Assembly (NCBI GenBank): GCA_965216315.1
Contig: CBDCFN010000016.1
Span: 1,856,001-1,920,000 of the forward strand
DNA length: 64,000 nucleotides
From: a bacterium
GTDB taxonomy: Bacteria > UBA10199 > 2-02-FULL-50-16 > JAJFLM01
Direction: 5' to 3'
Below, piece by piece: positions 50,905-61,067 of the stretch. The notes under the pieces were generated by a model. It ran no database searches, was not told the origin of the DNA, and worked only from the letters and a program-made list of their open reading frames with translations. The translations under genes and the position numbers were made by a program. Within the stretch, counting starts at the first letter, position 1. Each line of letters opens with the position of its first letter.

Positions 50905-53690
50905 AAATGCAACAGTGTTTGTGTGCACGTGTGACAAGCATCCGGATGCCGTGGATCTTGACCAACCGTCGGCAACCACTTCCAACAGCGCTCGCATTTC
51001 TCGCCTCCCGCACGTTCAACGCGAACCTGAAGTTCCGGCAAGTCCTGAGTCGCTGCATCCTTGCCAATTGGATCGCGGAGCAGCTCTACCTGAGACACAA
51101 TAAAAATATCGGCAAGCCGCGTTTGATACGCATCAATAAGCTCTTCTAGTTCTCCTTCTACATACAGCTCGACTTTGGCCTCCAAGGCATTTCCAATCAG
51201 CTTATTACGTCTTGCTTCTTCAAGCACGCGCATAACGGCATCGCGAACGGTGCGCAAACGTTCCCATTTATCGGCTAGTTCCTGATCTAAGAGACTATTG
51301 TCAGCAATTGGAAACTCCTCCAGATGCACGGAGGAACTTTTTTCCTTATCGATTGGTAAATACTCCCAAATTTCATCAGCGGTAAAACAAAGTACGGGGG
51401 CCATAAGTAACGCTAAGGCTCGCGTCATTTCATGGAGCACTGTCTGGGAGCCGCGTCGTAACTGGCCCGTCTTAGGCGCCGTATAAAGGCGGTCTTTGAG
51501 GATATCTAAATAGAATGCTGACAAATCAACCGTGCAAAAACGATTGATTTCATGAAAAACGGTATGAAATGCATAGTCTTCATACGCTTTCGTGACGCGG
51601 CTGATTATTTTCTGCAAAAGATGAAGTGCATAGCGATCAATCTCATCAAGATTTTCGTAAGAAACTCGATCGGCATCCGGATCAAAGTCAGAGATATTGC
51701 CTAACAAGAACCGGCCGGTATTTCTGATCTTCCGATAAGCGTCACTCAAACGCCTCAAAATCTCATCTGACACCCGAATATTATCGCGATAATCTTCTGC
51801 AGATACCCAGAGTCGCAATACTTCAGCCCCGCTTTCGCTAATAACTTTTTCAGGTGGAATATAATTACCTGCAGATTTGGAATATTTACGGCCCTCCCCA
51901 TCGACGACAAATCCGTGGGTCAAGACCGCCTTATAAGGAGGACGCTCCCGGGCACCGACCGCTGCCAACAAACTCGAATGAAACCAACCTCGATGCTGAT
52001 CACTTCCTTCCAAATAGAGATCAATAGGAATCTCCAAATTAAGGCGCTGTTCAATAACAGCCGCATAACTCACGCCGGAATCAAACCAGACATCCAAGAT
52101 GTCCGTTTCCCTTCGCCAGTTCCTCTTATTGCACTCGGTACAGGCAGGCGGATCCTCAAAATATTGATTCTCTTCATCAAACCAGACATCGGCTCCATGT
52201 TCATCGATCTGATCGGCGATCTTCCGGATTAGATCCGCATCAATGAGAACGTGGCCACAATCATTACATTCAAAGGCCATGATCGGAACACCCCAGGTTC
52301 GTTGCCGCGACAAACACCAATCAGGGCGATTCAACACCATCCCATAAATCCGTTCGCGTCCCCAGTCCGGTATCCAATGAACCCGGCGGATTGCATCCAG
52401 AGCGCGTTGCCTTAAATCATCGTGACTGAGCGATAAAAACCACTGAGCGGTCGAACGAAAGATGACCGGCCGTTTACAACGCCAGCAATGAGGATAGCTA
52501 TGTTCAAAATCTTCTTGGTAGACCATGCTCCCATTGGCGACAAGCCTTTCATTAATCCATTCATTACTGCTCATTACCTTCTGGCCGATGAGTTCGGAAA
52601 TACCCACTTCTTCGGTAAACCGTCCGCCGCCATCAACCGGCGCCAGCGGCTCGAGCCCATAGTTGCGACCGACGACAAAATCATCCTCACCATGTCCCGG
52701 TGCAATGTGAACACAGCCCGTGCCGGTATCCATCGTAACGTGATTAGACAAAATGACCAGGGAATCTCGTTCAATTAAAGGATGTCGGCAGGTCATACGC
52801 TCGAGATTGGGTGCACCAAAACGTTTAAGAACCGTTCCTTCTTTGCCAATCACTTTATAGAATTGATTCAGACAATTATTGGCGACTATGTAGGCCTCTC
52901 CATCAATATCGACGGCTACATAGTCAAAGTCCGGATGAAACGCGATGGCTAAATTAGCCGGCAATGTCCAAGGCGTGGTCGTCCAGATAACAACTGAGGC
53001 CGGTCTATCACCCAGCTCCGGCAATGCCGCCCTCACGTCAGACCCAACCGCAAACTTTACATAGATAGAAGGTGACGTATGATTTTCGTACTCAACCTCT
53101 GCTTCCGCCAAGGCCGTTCGGCAATTGGCACACCAAAGGACCGGCTTCAATCCCTTGTAAATCGAGCCCTTCTCAACAAAGTTAGCGAATTCACGCGCAA
53201 TCGTCGCTTCATAGGCAAAATCCATCGTGCGATAGGGCTGGTCCCACTCTCCAAAGACACCTAATCGTTTAAACTCTTCACGCTGAATCTTAACAAAATT
53301 GTCTGCGTACTCCCGACACGCCTGGCGGACTTCCAGCTTGGACATGTCACGCTTCTTCTTACCGAGGTTTTTATCGACCTGATGCTCAATAGGAAGGCCA
53401 TGACAGTCCCATCCCGGAATATAAGGACTCGAATGGCCTGTCATGCTCCGAAACTTGACCGCGATATCTTTAAGAACTTTATTAAGGATATGGCCAAAGT
53501 GAATATGGCCATTAGCGTACGGCGGCCCATCATGCAGCAGAAATAAAGGTTTGCCTTCATTCTTCTTTTGAATGGCTGCATAAAGATCCGAATCGGCCCA
53601 CTTTTTGAGGCGCTTTGGCTCTTGAACAGCGAGGCTTGCCTTCATCGGGAAACCCGTCTCAGGCAGATTAAGTGTTTCCTTATAATTCAT
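50901..53690 (-). CDS. ileS: Isoleucine--tRNA ligase (type 1)
   Basis: HDGPPYANG/HFGH, PGWDCHGLP, EGSDQHRGWF, KYSKS, C-terminal CERC..CHTC zinc finger. Confidence 0.97.
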   Translation of the reverse strand: MNYKETLNLPETGFPMKASLAVQEPKRLKKWADSDLYAAIQKKNEGKPLFLLHDGPPYANGHIHFGHILNKVLKDIAVKFRSMTGHSSPYIPGWDCHGLPIEHQVDKNLGKKKRDMSKLEVRQACREYADNFVKIQREEFKRLGVFGEWDQPYRTMDFAYEATIAREFANFVEKGSIYKGLKPVLWCANCRTALAEAEVEYENHTSPSIYVKFAVGSDVRAALPELGDRPASVVIWTTTPWTLPANLAIAFHPDFDYVAVDIDGEAYIVANNCLNQFYKVIGKEGTVLKRFGAPNLERMTCRHPLIERDSLVILSNHVTMDTGTGCVHIAPGHGEDDFVVGRNYGLEPLAPVDGGGRFTEEVGISELIGQKVMSSNEWINERLVANGSMVYQEDFEHSYPHCWRCKRPVIFRSTAQWFLSLSHDDLRQRALDAIRRVHWIPDWGRERIYGMVLNRPDWCLSRQRTWGVPIMAFECNDCGHVLIDADLIRKIADQIDEHGADVWFDEENQYFEDPPACTECNKRNWRRETDILDVWFDSGVSYAAVIEQRLNLEIPIDLYLEGSDQHRGWFHSSLLAAVGARERPPYKAVLTHGFVVDGEGRKYSKSAGNYIPPEKVISESGAEVLRLWVSAEDYRDNIRVSDEILRRLSDAYRKIRNTGRFLLGNISDFDPDADRVSYENLDEIDRYALHLLQKIISRVTKAYEDYAFHTVFHEINRFCTVDLSAFYLDILKDRLYTAPKTGQLRRGSQTVLHEMTRALALLMAPVLCFTADEIWEYLPIDKEKSSSVHLEEFPIADNSLLDQELADKWERLRTVRDAVMRVLEEARRNKLIGNALEAKVELYVEGELEELIDAYQTRLADIFIVSQVELLRDPIGKDAATQDLPELQVRVERAGGEKCERCWKWLPTVGQDPRHPDACHTCTQTLLHL

Positions 53691-53697
53691 TCGGGAT

Positions 53698-54207
53698 TTA
53701 CGGCCTTACTTCAACGGGTTCTCTTTCAACCACTCCGATATTGGTGACTTCGATGTCAGCAGGCCTTAGATAGTTTCTTACCCTGGCTAGAAACTTTTTT
53801 TCCTGTCGGTAACTGGATTTCATCCGCGTGACGATCGTCCTAAGTGGCGCCTGAACTTCAACGATGCTCTTGCTCGGCCCATCTTCGGTGATACGAACGG
53901 TCAAATGATAATAAGAGCCGGTCACGCCATAGTCCTTATAATCAAATAGATCTAAATAGTGCGAATCCGCCGTGGTCGGCATCCAACCCGTACGCAAGAC
54001 ACCTTGATCCTTATCCGCATATTCAACTTTATAATCCATATCATTCAGGGCCTTCTCAGCCGCTTCGAACGTCGCGACAACCGGCGAACTAAAGGTCTTG
54101 TAAACGGGTTTCATCGCAATATCCCGCCCCGTCACCAGCGGCGTATTACAAGCAGCCAAGGAACCGATACCAAGTATAACCAAGAACGAGACTAGACTTA
54201 TCTTCAT
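53698..54207 (-). CDS. Lipoprotein of unknown function
   Basis: Lipobox LAAC after a hydrophobic core. Confidence 0.75.
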   Translation of the reverse strand: MKISLVSFLVILGIGSLAACNTPLVTGRDIAMKPVYKTFSSPVVATFEAAEKALNDMDYKVEYADKDQGVLRTGWMPTTADSHYLDLFDYKDYGVTGSYYHLTVRITEDGPSKSIVEVQAPLRTIVTRMKSSYRQEKKFLARVRNYLRPADIEVTNIGVVEREPVEVRP

Positions 54208-55004
54208 TTTTTATTCTCCTGCCCCCTGAAATGCCGATAGAATAGCAAACAAGCTATCACCACTACGAGGCTTATCGTCTGCGACGTCGAAAGGATGCCT
54301 GGTATTACAAAGCCTCTGACCGTATCCCCTCGAAATAACTCAAGAATTGACCTCAATATCGCATAGAGAATAAGGTACGTCAAAAAGATCTGTCCTTCAA
54401 ACTTTTTCCGTCTGCGCAGCCAGACTAAAAAGGCAAATAGGCTGAATTCCACGATGGACTCCATCAACTGCGTTGGCCAGAGAGGAATCCCCGCCGGAGC
54501 CAGTCCCGAAGCCGTTTTGGGGAAATTCAGCGCCCACCAAGGGGCGCCTTCAACCGGCTTCCCATAGCAACATCCCGCCATGAGGCATCCCAAGCGCCCA
54601 ATACCGTGCCCCATTGCCAGTCCCGGCATAAAAATATCGGCGATTCCCCGCAGCGTCCACTCTTGACGCCGTGCATACCACCACGCGACGACAAGACAGG
54701 CAAGCAAGCCTCCGTAGAAAACCAGCCCCCCTTCCCAAATTTTGACGATGTCCACCGGGTTCGCGACAAAGCGTTTGTATTCAACGATTACGTAAAGAAG
54801 ACGCGAGCCGACAATGGCTGCAATGATCAAATAGAAGCTGAGATCAGCGACCTTATCGCGACTGAACCCCGCAAAGCGGGCTTCACGCAAAATCCAAAGT
54901 ATTCCCAGCAAAAAGCCCAAAGCGACTAACGCGCCATAGGTATATATCGTCACACCACCCAGCAGCGGTATGCTATCTGGGATCGTCCAAAGGACCGGAT
55001 ACAT
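54204..55004 (-). CDS. lgt: Prolipoprotein diacylglyceryl transferase, paralog 2
   Basis: GSRLLYV, WEGGLVFYGG, GRLGCLMAGCCYG, WPTQLME, ELFRGD. Confidence 0.88.
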   Translation of the reverse strand: MYPVLWTIPDSIPLLGGVTIYTYGALVALGFLLGILWILREARFAGFSRDKVADLSFYLIIAAIVGSRLLYVIVEYKRFVANPVDIVKIWEGGLVFYGGLLACLVVAWWYARRQEWTLRGIADIFMPGLAMGHGIGRLGCLMAGCCYGKPVEGAPWWALNFPKTASGLAPAGIPLWPTQLMESIVEFSLFAFLVWLRRRKKFEGQIFLTYLILYAILRSILELFRGDTVRGFVIPGILSTSQTISLVVVIACLLFYRHFRGQENKK

Positions 55005-55016
55005 TTATCATTCTCC

Positions 55017-55331
55017 CTACTTCTTAAATAAGTTTTCTAGCGCTCGCTTGGCCTCTTCCGCTGCCGCATCCTGTTGACCCACTTGCGCTGCCGCATCCTG
55101 TTGACCCACTTGCGCTGCCGGCTCAAAGTAGTCACAAAAGTTGCCCTGTTCCTTATCGACAATTCGGTCCGCTTGTGGCTCTCGACACTCGTTATACGCA
55201 GAAGCATCATAAAAACGACAGTTAAGACAACAACGAAGATACGCGTTGCATTCCGGGCAGGTCTGCTGCCGCCCCACCTTCTCCTCGAGATCAAGGAGAT
55301 TCTTGCAGGAATGACAGGTTATCTGCTGCAT
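55017..55331 (-). CDS. Small Cys-rich (zinc-ribbon-like) protein
   Basis: CHSC, CPEC, CCLNCRFY, C..E, NFCDYF, LENLFKK C-terminus. Confidence 0.8.
   Translation of the reverse strand: MQQITCHSCKNLLDLEEKVGRQQTCPECNAYLRCCLNCRFYDASAYNECREPQADRIVDKEQGNFCDYFEPAAQVGQQDAAAQVGQQDAAAEEAKRALENLFKK
55059..55120. repeat. In-frame 27-bp tandem duplication (about 2.3 units)
   Basis: CGCTGCCGCATCCTGTTGACCCACTTG x2 plus CGCTGCCG; encodes AAQVGQQDA twice. Confidence 0.92.
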
Positions 55332-55390
55332 AAACTCTCTATAGCTAAGTATCCCATTTTATTCAACTTTGAATCCGTGCCCCGCTGAGA

Positions 55391-58120
55391 CTAAAAGGCG
55401 TAGCCGAAGGTAAAATGCAGCCGTCCCACCCCTTCATCAGGAGCCCGGTCCAACACAAACCCGTAATCTAAGCGAACCGGACCAACGGGCGTGATATAGC
55501 GCAAACCTATCCCGGCCGAATGACGGAGTGATGCCTTCGTGAATGTGAACGACTGTCCCGCCGTACCGGTATCAAGAAAAGCCGCTAGCTTGACGTTGCC
55601 GGCAACTCGAAGCTGTAACTCGGTGTTCCAGATAAACATGAATTTTTGACCTATCGGCGTCCCCGACGCGTCCAACGGACCGGCTTTATCTTGATCAAAG
55701 CCGCGAACTGTATAATCGCCTCCAATAAAGAATAGTTCTGAACGAGGAATGACCTCACTTGAGGTAACCGGTATCGCTCCGCCCATGCGCATTGAATTAA
55801 CAAAAGTAAACCGTGAGTGTGGACTCAAATAATAGTTAAATTGCCCTCTCAAGCGAAAAAAATTGGCACTCGTTCCAAAAAATTGATGAAAATAATCAAG
55901 TGATGTCTCAGAGAAAATCCCTTTACGCGGATCGGCAAAATAATCGCGGGTATCATAGTTAAACGACACGCGTACATGCGGCAACGTCCTGTCATCGGTA
56001 TCTTCATCAGGGTCAGGCGTTCCCCCATGAAAAAGGGTTCGCTCAAGTTGATATCGGCCCAAAATCGACATGGACCGACCAATATCTTTTAGCAAAGAAA
56101 AGGATCCGCCATAACTTGTCTGGTCGAAACTCGGCCTATCTTCATTTTCAATGAATCCCGATAGCACCATTTCAATATCGCCACCAAGCAAATGAGGATC
56201 GATATAGTTCAATTCACCACCTCGCGTGTCAAAGCCAAGCGTCGCAATCAAACTCATTCGCTTGCCAAAGCCCATCACATCCAAGTTCCTCAGGGCAAAC
56301 ACGCCCGTGAGGCGATCATCAGTGCTATAAGAGGCCTTCAAGTCGAAAATATAGCGTTCCCGCTCTTCTACATTGACCGAAAGATGAACCGTTTCCTGTT
56401 TTTCCTTGAGTCCTATCGTGTCTACTTTTACCGATTCAAATGAGCCCAATTTACGAAGGATTGAAGCCCCTCTAAGTATCTTGCTACGACTATAAGGATC
56501 CCCTCTATCCACATAAAGTGCACTGCGAATCGTCGAGGCACGCGTGTGATCAATGCCGATAATCAGTATGCTCCCTATCGTGACAAGAGGACCTTCATTA
56601 ACGTGAAAAATAACATTCACATCACCGTTTTCTTCATCAACATTCGCTTCTGATTCAACCTCAGCATAAGGGTATCCATTATCGGCATAGTAGTTTTTGA
56701 TACGCAACTTATCATCTTTGACAGCTATCTCACTGTAAGGCTTGCCCGGTTTTAATTTCAGAGGTTTTTTCAGCTTATTCATATCCGCATGATCGGCTCC
56801 CGTAAATGACAGCTCGCGAACAACGGTTTGGAGCCCTTCATGAACCACAAACTCAACGTTGGCCCGATCATGCAACGGAGTAAATTTTACCGAAGTTCCT
56901 TTCAACTCTCCTTCAGGATAACCCTGTTCACGCAAAAGATTAGGGATGATCCGGCGGTCTCTTTCCAGTGCGGGACGTGACAAATATCCCGATGTAAAAA
57001 AGCCGGCCGGCTTCAAACTTAATTCCTTTTTAACTTTCGACTCATCAAGCGTCTCACTCCCTTCAAATCGGATTTTCTTGACGAGCGTTTGTGGGCCCTC
57101 TTTGATAAAAAAATCAATTCTATGACGTGCGGGCTTCACTAGTTTTTTTTCAGCCTTAACTTCCACATCCAAGAAACCCCGCTTCAAATAATACTCTTTT
57201 AAAGACTCAACGCTCGCCCTCACTTCATAACTGTCATACGCCTCCTCTCTAAAAAAGGTTATGGCTTGCATAAGGTTACGTCGCAGAACGCTATTATTCC
57301 CATGAAATCTGATATCCAGGTGACTTTGCTCGGAAACGACTATATCAAGATCGGCCTTTCCTGCTTCAAAGTCACGATTGATATTTTGCACGCGAATTCG
57401 TGCGCGTGGGTATCCCTTTTTCTTATAGTGTTCTTTGATCTTTTCTATGCTTTTGCGAAGGCGGCTTGGCTGATAAGGATACCAGGCATTCACCTTTGAT
57501 CGAAAGTATCCGGTGCTTACGGCCTTATTCCCTTCTACCTCGATATTTCTCCAGCGAAGGCGGGGCCCCTTTCGAATAATGAATTTAAGCGCCACTGTTC
57601 CCTTTTTATCGTTCACTTTCTCCTTTACACGCACTGTCGTTGCAAAATAGCCCTGCCGTTCAAAAAAACGCCTTAATTTTTTGACTTCGTCGATAATGGC
57701 TTCGCGTTCGTAAACCTCACCGATGTTAAGACCAATGTTACGTTGAACCCGGCTTGTCAGGTAAGGGAAATGACCTGTAAATTTAATGCCTGTGATAACC
57801 AAGGCCGGCATAAGATCGAATGTCAGCACCCATCCATCCGACGTGTGCTCTTTCTCATAACTTATTGATTCAAATCGGTTCCAGTCTTTGAGCAAACTAA
57901 GGCTCTGTTCGAGCTTTTCTTCCGTAAAAGCATCTCCTTCTTTTAAAGTGAGGACATCTCGAATTTGTTTTTCGGAAACAGGTTCATGATTCTGGATATG
58001 AATCGACGCAACGATATCGTTATCTGCTGCTGACACAACAGGAGGCACAAGTATAACCATGACGATACCCAGTAACGCCACGATCGATTTATTAACGTAT
58101 TTTAAACTGTAGAGAGACAT
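55391..58120 (-). CDS. Omp85 family outer-membrane assembly factor (BamA/TamA-like, multiple POTRA domains)
   Basis: Repeated POTRA GY/GF motifs, GGDYTVRGF, GLRYITPVGPVRLDYG, terminal GYAF; start uncertain. Confidence 0.88.
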   Translation of the reverse strand: MSLYSLKYVNKSIVALLGIVMVILVPPVVSAADNDIVASIHIQNHEPVSEKQIRDVLTLKEGDAFTEEKLEQSLSLLKDWNRFESISYEKEHTSDGWVLTFDLMPALVITGIKFTGHFPYLTSRVQRNIGLNIGEVYEREAIIDEVKKLRRFFERQGYFATTVRVKEKVNDKKGTVALKFIIRKGPRLRWRNIEVEGNKAVSTGYFRSKVNAWYPYQPSRLRKSIEKIKEHYKKKGYPRARIRVQNINRDFEAGKADLDIVVSEQSHLDIRFHGNNSVLRRNLMQAITFFREEAYDSYEVRASVESLKEYYLKRGFLDVEVKAEKKLVKPARHRIDFFIKEGPQTLVKKIRFEGSETLDESKVKKELSLKPAGFFTSGYLSRPALERDRRIIPNLLREQGYPEGELKGTSVKFTPLHDRANVEFVVHEGLQTVVRELSFTGADHADMNKLKKPLKLKPGKPYSEIAVKDDKLRIKNYYADNGYPYAEVESEANVDEENGDVNVIFHVNEGPLVTIGSILIIGIDHTRASTIRSALYVDRGDPYSRSKILRGASILRKLGSFESVKVDTIGLKEKQETVHLSVNVEERERYIFDLKASYSTDDRLTGVFALRNLDVMGFGKRMSLIATLGFDTRGGELNYIDPHLLGGDIEMVLSGFIENEDRPSFDQTSYGGSFSLLKDIGRSMSILGRYQLERTLFHGGTPDPDEDTDDRTLPHVRVSFNYDTRDYFADPRKGIFSETSLDYFHQFFGTSANFFRLRGQFNYYLSPHSRFTFVNSMRMGGAIPVTSSEVIPRSELFFIGGDYTVRGFDQDKAGPLDASGTPIGQKFMFIWNTELQLRVAGNVKLAAFLDTGTAGQSFTFTKASLRHSAGIGLRYITPVGPVRLDYGFVLDRAPDEGVGRLHFTFGYAF

Positions 58121-61067
58121 TCAATTCAAATTTATTCCGGTCCGATTCAAAAGTATTGGCCCCTTCCAAGAAAATATTATCCGTCAAAAAATATTTGGTC
58201 CGGACGCGCCTTTGGGCTGTGTCAGGGCTGATATCCGTATAAAACTCTACACTCAAGCGATCCGATAAGTTTTTTCCAAAAGCAACGCCGGATATCGATT
58301 GATCAGAGCCCTCACCGGATTCAAAACGCAGGATATCGAGACCAACAATATCTCCCAGATCTTCTCCAAAACCACTCGTGAGTGAATTCGCAATCGCTGT
58401 CGTCGCAAAAGCCCTTCTCGACGCCCCCGACCCACTCAATTCTGACTGACGCACCCCAAAAGCCAACAGCGAGATGACGTCCGCACGCTCAACGGAAGGT
58501 GACGACCACAACTTGGTTTCCAGATTGTCCAATGGACCTTCCAGTTTGACAAACACCGTGTAGTAAGAACGCAGACCTCGCCCCTCGGCCCCTTGAATTT
58601 CGCGCTGGGCCTCAAAATCCAGATATGGATTGATCCGGTTTGGATTCCTGAAATCTAACGAGCCCTCAGTGATCTCCAGCGTTCGACCCAGGTAATGAAG
58701 CTCCCCTCCCGACGAGGTCACCACGCCTTCAATCACCGGACGCTGCGTTGACCCTTTAAGCCAGAGGTTGCCGTCCAAGAAGACCGTGGCAATGTTGTTT
58801 TCTATCCGCAAGTCACCGCTATTACGAACTTCAACCCGCCAACGCCAATCCTTAATAAAATCCGAATCAAAGAGATCATTGGTCCTGATATTTTGTCGCT
58901 CTGCAAAAACTTTTTTAGTGAGATTGAAACGCTTGTAATAGCGACCGGACAGGAGGTCGATCCGACCTGAAACTAATGGGGAAGGCATGGCGCCGCTGAC
59001 CGTCAGGTTTGCATCAAAGTCGACGTTCATGGCTCCACGGACTCGAAACGTGAGCGCATTGCCTTGCAGATCTAAATTAAATCTTGTTGGACGTATCCCA
59101 TCGATACCGACCGTTCCGTGTATTTTAAGATCTCCCTCGCCATGCACCGCTGAAATTCTATCAAACTGAATTCGAGTGGGAGTGATATGGACGCGTCCGG
59201 TAACATTCGTAAAAGGTTCACCTGCTCCGCGTACATTCAATTGGGTTTGATTGAAACGAACATTCCCTGACAACTGAGGCCGCTTCGTCGTGCCGCTCGC
59301 TCTCAGGTCGACGTTGATAAAACCTTTAGCATCATTGAGAAAGGTCCGCCACCTCGCTACATGCTTTGCATTCACGTCTCCCTTAAGATTTAGTTGAAAT
59401 GTTTTGTTTTCTCGATAAAAACCGCTGGCACGAACAACACGACCATCATCCTGTAGTCGAAATTTCTGCAGGTTCCACGCTTTTGTCGTTTTATCATAGT
59501 CCAAAGCAAGATTGACCCCCGGCAAAGGATCGCCTTCAACTGTAATTTTTTGTTCACCATATTTGATCTTTAGCGGCCGCGTCGTGACAAGCATAGGGTT
59601 GTCCCGTAACTGTAGGCGCACACGGTCGGCCGTGATCATCGGCCAGGCCACCTTGAATCCCGTCTCAAGCACATCGATGGGCGCATTAGCGATGTGTCCG
59701 TTATGCAACGATAGTGTCCCTGCACCATGCATCCCTTTTTCAGTACGCTTGAGGCTCAGCGTCCCCTTTGCCGGTCCGGCCGCTTCACCTCCAGGCATCA
59801 CTGCCTGCAAGGGGAGCCCATGCAACTGAACGGCCAATTCCTTGAGAACAAGTTTTTGTGGTTTCCCTTCCAGATCAACACTCCCCTGCGAGGTCAACGG
59901 TCTCCCCTCACCCAGGGGCACGTGTCCTTTCCACTCAATATGCCGGCCATCCACTTCAACCGCCGCTTTGGCAACAGGAAAACGAAAGTATTTGTAAGTG
60001 ACCTCCTTTGCATCGACATCGGCCGACAGATGAAATTCCGGCAGTCGCGCCTTAAGTTCCGCGTTGAGTGCCGCCTTCCCGCCTATTTCCTCAACAGCCG
60101 GTATATTTAATATCTCCCAAACAGCCTTGAGCGGAGATGCTTTCATTGAAAAATCGACATCGTAATCCCCTTCCGGCACATACATTTTGCCGGGAGCCAC
60201 CATCGCAACATCGCCAACTTTTAGATTGAAGGGACTAAGAAACAAGTCCGGTGGACGCAGACTGACTTGACCGCTCCCATGTATTTTTTTGCGAAAGAGA
60301 TTGGGCATGACCGCGCTAACCTGTATATCACCCCCGATATCCTCATCACGTACCTCGACATCCAGATACAAGTCATAGTGACCTTCCGGCCGATACAAAT
60401 CCAATTTATCAAAAACAACATGATCCCCAGACAAAACTGAATCGAGGACGATGCGATCACCTACAATTTTATCATTAATAAAAAAATCAAGCGCCTCAAA
60501 ATGAAACTCATTTTTACGCAAGAGATTCTGGCTGATAGTGAAATCAAATTTGGCAATTTCTAAATCGGCATAGCCGCCCGCTCTCTTTTTGATCATAATG
60601 CGAACCGGTCCTATAGCCCCCGAATTGATTGATATATTCTGCATCGCATAGTGGTTACCCACTTGGCTCGCTATTTTTTTAATATACGGGACGGTAAATT
60701 TCTTAGGGCCTTCTTTCTTAGGGCCCTTTTCAAAAGACATGTAAACGTCTCTTATTTCCAAACGACTCACGACAAGCTTGCCACGCATAAGCGACCACGG
60801 ACTAACCTGAAGATGGAGGCCTTCAACCGCATACAGTTGACGACCCGTTCGACTTTGCACGCTTACAGACTTGAGTTGAACCTTCATGAGGAAAGGGTTG
60901 ATAGCTATATCCTTGGCTTCAATCACCCAACCCGTCTGGCGATGAATCATCTCAAAATACCATTTATGGGCCGCCGACGCATTTAACGCGGCGTAAAGTA
61001 CGCCCATGATCAAGCCAAGTAGTAAAAAATTGGCAATAATTGTTACTTTTACGCCCTTATGCTTCAT
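58092..61067 (-). CDS. Translocation/assembly module TamB-like (AsmA superfamily) protein
   Basis: N-terminal TM anchor, beta-rich body, C-terminal GSTQRPVIEG, NPYLD, LLAFG, GKNLSDRL; adjacent to Omp85. Confidence 0.8.
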   Translation of the reverse strand: MKHKGVKVTIIANFLLLGLIMGVLYAALNASAAHKWYFEMIHRQTGWVIEAKDIAINPFLMKVQLKSVSVQSRTGRQLYAVEGLHLQVSPWSLMRGKLVVSRLEIRDVYMSFEKGPKKEGPKKFTVPYIKKIASQVGNHYAMQNISINSGAIGPVRIMIKKRAGGYADLEIAKFDFTISQNLLRKNEFHFEALDFFINDKIVGDRIVLDSVLSGDHVVFDKLDLYRPEGHYDLYLDVEVRDEDIGGDIQVSAVMPNLFRKKIHGSGQVSLRPPDLFLSPFNLKVGDVAMVAPGKMYVPEGDYDVDFSMKASPLKAVWEILNIPAVEEIGGKAALNAELKARLPEFHLSADVDAKEVTYKYFRFPVAKAAVEVDGRHIEWKGHVPLGEGRPLTSQGSVDLEGKPQKLVLKELAVQLHGLPLQAVMPGGEAAGPAKGTLSLKRTEKGMHGAGTLSLHNGHIANAPIDVLETGFKVAWPMITADRVRLQLRDNPMLVTTRPLKIKYGEQKITVEGDPLPGVNLALDYDKTTKAWNLQKFRLQDDGRVVRASGFYRENKTFQLNLKGDVNAKHVARWRTFLNDAKGFINVDLRASGTTKRPQLSGNVRFNQTQLNVRGAGEPFTNVTGRVHITPTRIQFDRISAVHGEGDLKIHGTVGIDGIRPTRFNLDLQGNALTFRVRGAMNVDFDANLTVSGAMPSPLVSGRIDLLSGRYYKRFNLTKKVFAERQNIRTNDLFDSDFIKDWRWRVEVRNSGDLRIENNIATVFLDGNLWLKGSTQRPVIEGVVTSSGGELHYLGRTLEITEGSLDFRNPNRINPYLDFEAQREIQGAEGRGLRSYYTVFVKLEGPLDNLETKLWSSPSVERADVISLLAFGVRQSELSGSGASRRAFATTAIANSLTSGFGEDLGDIVGLDILRFESGEGSDQSISGVAFGKNLSDRLSVEFYTDISPDTAQRRVRTKYFLTDNIFLEGANTFESDRNKFELNVSLQFKIR

